Source: Opitutus sp. GAS368
GTDB lineage: Bacteria; Verrucomicrobiota; Verrucomicrobiia; Opitutales; Opitutaceae
Assembly (NCBI GenBank): GCA_945861645.1
Contig: CAMAVZ010000007.1
Location: 8,862 to 72,861, forward strand
DNA length: 64,000 bases
Direction: 5' to 3'
In this document: piece after piece, positions 60,768 to 64,000 of the stretch
Layout of the letters: each line of letters begins with the position of its first letter
How positions within the stretch are numbered: the stretch's first letter is position 1
The notes under the pieces: model-generated
What the model saw: the letters and a program-made list of their open reading frames with translations, nothing else
Told to the model about the DNA's origin: nothing
Databases searched by the model: none
Made by a program: the position numbers and the translations under genes

Positions 60768-61376
60768 TTATTGGTTTGGCCGCTGACGCCACTGGCGTGC
60801 CCAGTAGACCATTATGCTGAGTGCGATGATGAAGCTAATGGCAACTAACACTGCGAGGAGAGGAAATATAATGGCTAGTCCTGCTAGCAGCATGCTCGAA
60901 AAAGTTTCGGCGAGGGCCCAGAGTGGATTGAATAATCCGCCGCTCACCGCCGTGGAACCTGCCCGCAGGGTACCCGTCGCTGCATGTACGCTGAACGCGG
61001 CGCCACCGCCCACCACAATGGCTAGCGTCCCCGTCAACCATGGGGGTACGGTGCTCGTATCGAGGCCCGACGCTGCGGCGAGTTGTGCGGCCATGATAAC
61101 GGTGCCGGCCAGCGCTGCGATCGGTGCCCCGGCCACATCCAGTGCGTGATCAAGCCATGGAATCAGCATCCCGAAAATTTCCACTACACAGGCGCAGGAA
61201 AGACAGACCATGGCCGGTAGCGAACCGAGCCAGGCAAACCCGGGGCCGGGATTAATCCAGCCAAAGTGCAGCCCAATCGACACCATCGCCAGGGGAGCGA
61301 AGAGGCGCAGTCCGCAAGCTGCACTCAGAGCAAAGCCAACTAGGATGGCGAATCCATAGCTGGCCAAGTTTTCCAT
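60768..61376 (-). CDS. DUF4126 family membrane protein
   Basis: ALSAACGLRLFAPL, IPWLDHALD, RAGSTAVSGG..NP motifs. Confidence 0.8.
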   Translation of the reverse strand: MENLASYGFAILVGFALSAACGLRLFAPLAMVSIGLHFGWINPGPGFAWLGSLPAMVCLSCACVVEIFGMLIPWLDHALDVAGAPIAALAGTVIMAAQLAAASGLDTSTVPPWLTGTLAIVVGGGAAFSVHAATGTLRAGSTAVSGGLFNPLWALAETFSSMLLAGLAIIFPLLAVLVAISFIIALSIMVYWARQWRQRPNQ

Positions 61377-61450
61377 GGGCGGGGAAGGGGCTAGATTATC
61401 TGCAAGCTCTCGTAACCGTCAGCTGCGGGAAACAACTGATTGGCCGTTGC

Positions 61451-62287
61451 TTAATGACCGTTTTTCCCGTGCTTGGCTCGGAAGCGGGCGAGCTCAGGAT
61501 AGGCTTTAGTGGTGTCGCCGTAAACATTGCCCGCGTGATCCTTGCCACGAACTAAATAGAGGTGATGCCATGCGCCAATTTGTTCGTGATTGGCGCGAAC
61601 GCGCGTGCTCACGAAACGCATCGTGTAGCCACAGCGCCGCTTGCTGCTCGTGTTGGGCTCACTGCCGTGAATAATGCGGCCATCGTGTAAACTGCATTGG
61701 TTAGCCTCGAGCTCGATGGGGATCGCTTGAGTGGTATCACGCTGCGCCGCTTTAATCTCATCATTGAAAACCGCCTCGCCGGGTTTGAGGTCATCGTAAT
61801 CGGAGAAACCTTGTTTACCGGAGGTATGCGTGCGCGGGATGATGCGCATGCAGCCATTTTCAGTGGTGGAAGGATCGATCGCGACCCAGACGGTGACCAC
61901 TTCCATCGGCGTGATCATCGTGTTCCAATAATGGGAGTCCTCATGCCACGGAACGCGCTTACCATTGCCGCGTGGTTTGCAGATAAAATGGCTAGCAAAA
62001 AGAGCAAGGTCTGGTCCGAGGATAGGCGAGACGAGGTCGAGTACTTCATCGGCCATCAGCCACTCGAACAGTTCAGGATGCTGAAAGTGCGGGACATCCA
62101 TCGACTCAGGGCGAACATCGGTCTCAAGGTTGCTTAAAATTTTCTCGAAGCAGTTTTTGAGTCCGGCAAACTTTTCTGGGGAAAAAACTGGCTGCCGGAC
62201 TATGTGATAACCTTGGTCGTGGTATTGGGCGACTTCGCCAGGGGTCAGGCGGTGAGCAGCAGTGCGAGCAACGGAGGGAGAAGGCAT
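61451..62287 (-). CDS. Phytanoyl-CoA dioxygenase (PhyH) family Fe(II)/2-oxoglutarate oxygenase
   Basis: WHED (HxD), WVAID..T.ENGCM..IP.TH, HGS..N.S..RR. Confidence 0.88.
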   Translation of the reverse strand: MPSPSVARTAAHRLTPGEVAQYHDQGYHIVRQPVFSPEKFAGLKNCFEKILSNLETDVRPESMDVPHFQHPELFEWLMADEVLDLVSPILGPDLALFASHFICKPRGNGKRVPWHEDSHYWNTMITPMEVVTVWVAIDPSTTENGCMRIIPRTHTSGKQGFSDYDDLKPGEAVFNDEIKAAQRDTTQAIPIELEANQCSLHDGRIIHGSEPNTSSKRRCGYTMRFVSTRVRANHEQIGAWHHLYLVRGKDHAGNVYGDTTKAYPELARFRAKHGKNGH

Positions 62288-62341
62288 AAGTGGGTTATTT
62301 TTAAACAGACGATGGTGGCAAGATTTTAATATTCAGCGGGG

Positions 62342-63772
62342 TTATAGTCCGGCGACATTCCAGCCTGGCCGATAAGTCCGGCGCAAAAATGCATTGGCCG
62401 CGGGCACGTTGGTAAATTGCAGACGCGCCGCGTTCCAATCTAAGGTAGTGTGCGGAAAGCGCACCGCCACTGTGCCGAGTAAGACGGTTTCCGTTAGTGG
62501 GCCGGAATAGTCAAACGAGGCGGTCGGCTTGCCGGGGCCTCCCACGCAGGCTTCGGCCCAATCGTTCCAATGGTGCGAACCTTGCACGGGGGGCATCGGG
62601 TAATTCTGAAATTTTTCTACCGGATAAAGTTTGGGGGTGGCGATATGTGGCACGTGCAGCACGCCAGCGGTGCCGATAAAAATTGAGCCTTGATTGAGTT
62701 CATCCTCGGGTTTCGCGGTGGCGGATTTTCGCGGACTCACTTTAGGCGCGGTCACCAGCGCTTGAATATCCGCCGGTGGGCGGTTGTCCCCATCATACCA
62801 CGTCACCGCAATCGTGGAATTTTCCGTGTAGCGCGTGCCTGGGAAAGTATAGCGAATATTCGCATTGTTTGCCCAATTCCAAGCGTCGGGGGCTGGACCT
62901 TCGGAACGCAGTGACAGCGGCGCCGTCAAGGCGAGTGATTCAAAAACTGGATCAAAAATATGGCAGCCCATATCGCCAAAAGTGCCTGTGCCAAAATCGA
63001 GCCGCCGGCGCCATTGGGCTGGGTGATAATAGTCGTGGCCGACAAAAGGCCGATCCGCGCAACCCCCTAGCCACAAATCCCAATTGAAGCCACTGGGGGG
63101 AGTGGCGCCCTTGATGGGGGGGGCGCCCGTATCACCCCATTTTTTACTGCTCCAGGTGTGTACTTCTTTGATCTTACCGATCGCGCCACTTTGCACTAAC
63201 GCGACCGCTTGCCGGTAAACTTTTTGGGAATGAATCTGAATGCCCATCTGCGTGATGAGCTTTTTCTCGCGGGCGTATTCAGTTAAGATGCGCGTCTCGT
63301 GCAAATCATGCGCCAGTGGTTTTTGACAGTAGACGTGTTTGCCCAGTTGCATCGCGGAGAGCGCAATCGGCGCGTGGAGATGGTCGGGTACAGAGACGTT
63401 AACGGAGTCAATCTGAGAGCCTGCTTTATCCAACAGCTCGCGCCAGTCTTGATAAATTTTAACGCCCGGAAAATTCGCCTTTACATTTTCCAGTCGATTT
63501 AAATCAACTTCAGCCACGGCGACGAGTTTGACGAACGGATTGCTGCACAGAACCTCGAGATCAGACCACGCCATGCCGGAAGCACCAAAGCTAGCGTGCC
63601 GCAGGATTGTGCTCGGCGGATTGGCAATCAACTGACGCGTTATAAAAGGAGCCGCCAAGGTGGCCGTGCTGATCGTTTTAACAAAAGCACGACGGGATTG
63701 TATCAGGGGAGATTTCCTGGGGAGGGGTGGGGCCACGCCCACGTACGTGGCCGAGAGCTGGGTCGCTCGCAA
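62342..63772 (-). CDS. Gfo/Idh/MocA oxidoreductase with a Tat signal (start uncertain)
   Basis: SRRAFVK twin-arginine motif; PDHLHA, HVYCQKPL, WDLWLG, GDMGCH. Confidence 0.88.
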   Translation of the reverse strand: MRATQLSATYVGVAPPLPRKSPLIQSRRAFVKTISTATLAAPFITRQLIANPPSTILRHASFGASGMAWSDLEVLCSNPFVKLVAVAEVDLNRLENVKANFPGVKIYQDWRELLDKAGSQIDSVNVSVPDHLHAPIALSAMQLGKHVYCQKPLAHDLHETRILTEYAREKKLITQMGIQIHSQKVYRQAVALVQSGAIGKIKEVHTWSSKKWGDTGAPPIKGATPPSGFNWDLWLGGCADRPFVGHDYYHPAQWRRRLDFGTGTFGDMGCHIFDPVFESLALTAPLSLRSEGPAPDAWNWANNANIRYTFPGTRYTENSTIAVTWYDGDNRPPADIQALVTAPKVSPRKSATAKPEDELNQGSIFIGTAGVLHVPHIATPKLYPVEKFQNYPMPPVQGSHHWNDWAEACVGGPGKPTASFDYSGPLTETVLLGTVAVRFPHTTLDWNAARLQFTNVPAANAFLRRTYRPGWNVAGL

Positions 63773-63926
63773 TCCTTAACCAGTGAAAGATTGGCGCGGG
63801 TCGCGACTGATTTCGTGCCGCGAGTTATTTTACGCTGGCGGGGTCGGGCTTCCTTTGCCCAGATAACCGAGACCGTGGCTTTTGTTCCACCCCGTAAATT
63901 ATTTTCAATCGCTCGGCTGTCTTTCT

Positions 63927-64000
63927 ATGACTTCCCCCGCTTCCACCAGTAAGGCTCAGCTTTTTTTCATGATGGTGCTAGAATTTTTTATCTGGGGGGC
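63927..64000 (+). CDS. MFS nucleoside:H+ symporter (NupG/YegT-like), 5' fragment
   Basis: Manual translation MTSPASTSKAQLFFMMVLEFFIWG resembles the N-terminus of the nucleoside permease family (LxxMMFLQFFIWG); runs off the window. Confidence 0.65.
   Translation, partial: MTSPASTSKAQLFFMMVLEFFIWG

Overview
A gene-dense, mostly housekeeping 64 kb bacterial chromosomal window. Gene content and style point to Verrucomicrobiota, probably Opitutaceae (inference from rpsP-trmD-rplS without rimM, zwf-opcA, ileS-dksA-lspA and the absence of Shine-Dalgarno motifs). In order, it holds: a partial ResB/CcsB-like cytochrome c biogenesis gene with an upstream lipoprotein; a 5-oxoproline cluster (pxpBCA, DUF969, DUF979, pcp); ychF; rpsP-trmD-rplS; tkt; a MarR-regulated RND efflux operon; a large AsmA-like protein; a polyamine ABC transporter; an ABC-type ATPase plus TOPRIM-like gene pair; an LplT-Aas fusion; a GlcD-like oxidase; smc; a GAF-PilB/GspE ATPase; yraN; zwf-opcA; tyrS; a peroxiredoxin; acnA; trpB; yicC; ileS-dksA-lspA; hemF-hemE-hemY; a His-rich membrane protein; an orphan lipoprotein; prfC; DUF4126; a PhyH dioxygenase; a Tat oxidoreductase; and the start of an MFS nucleoside permease. 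I saw no rRNA, tRNA, CRISPR array, transposase or prophage. The best candidates for uncharacterised systems are the COG4637-like ATPase/DUF4276-like TOPRIM pair (PARIS/OLD-like architecture), the LPxGHP lipoprotein coupled to System II cytochrome c biogenesis, the orphan GAF-PilB divergent from yraN, and a structured leader with a small ORF upstream of smc. All family calls come from reading motifs by eye, not from database searches.
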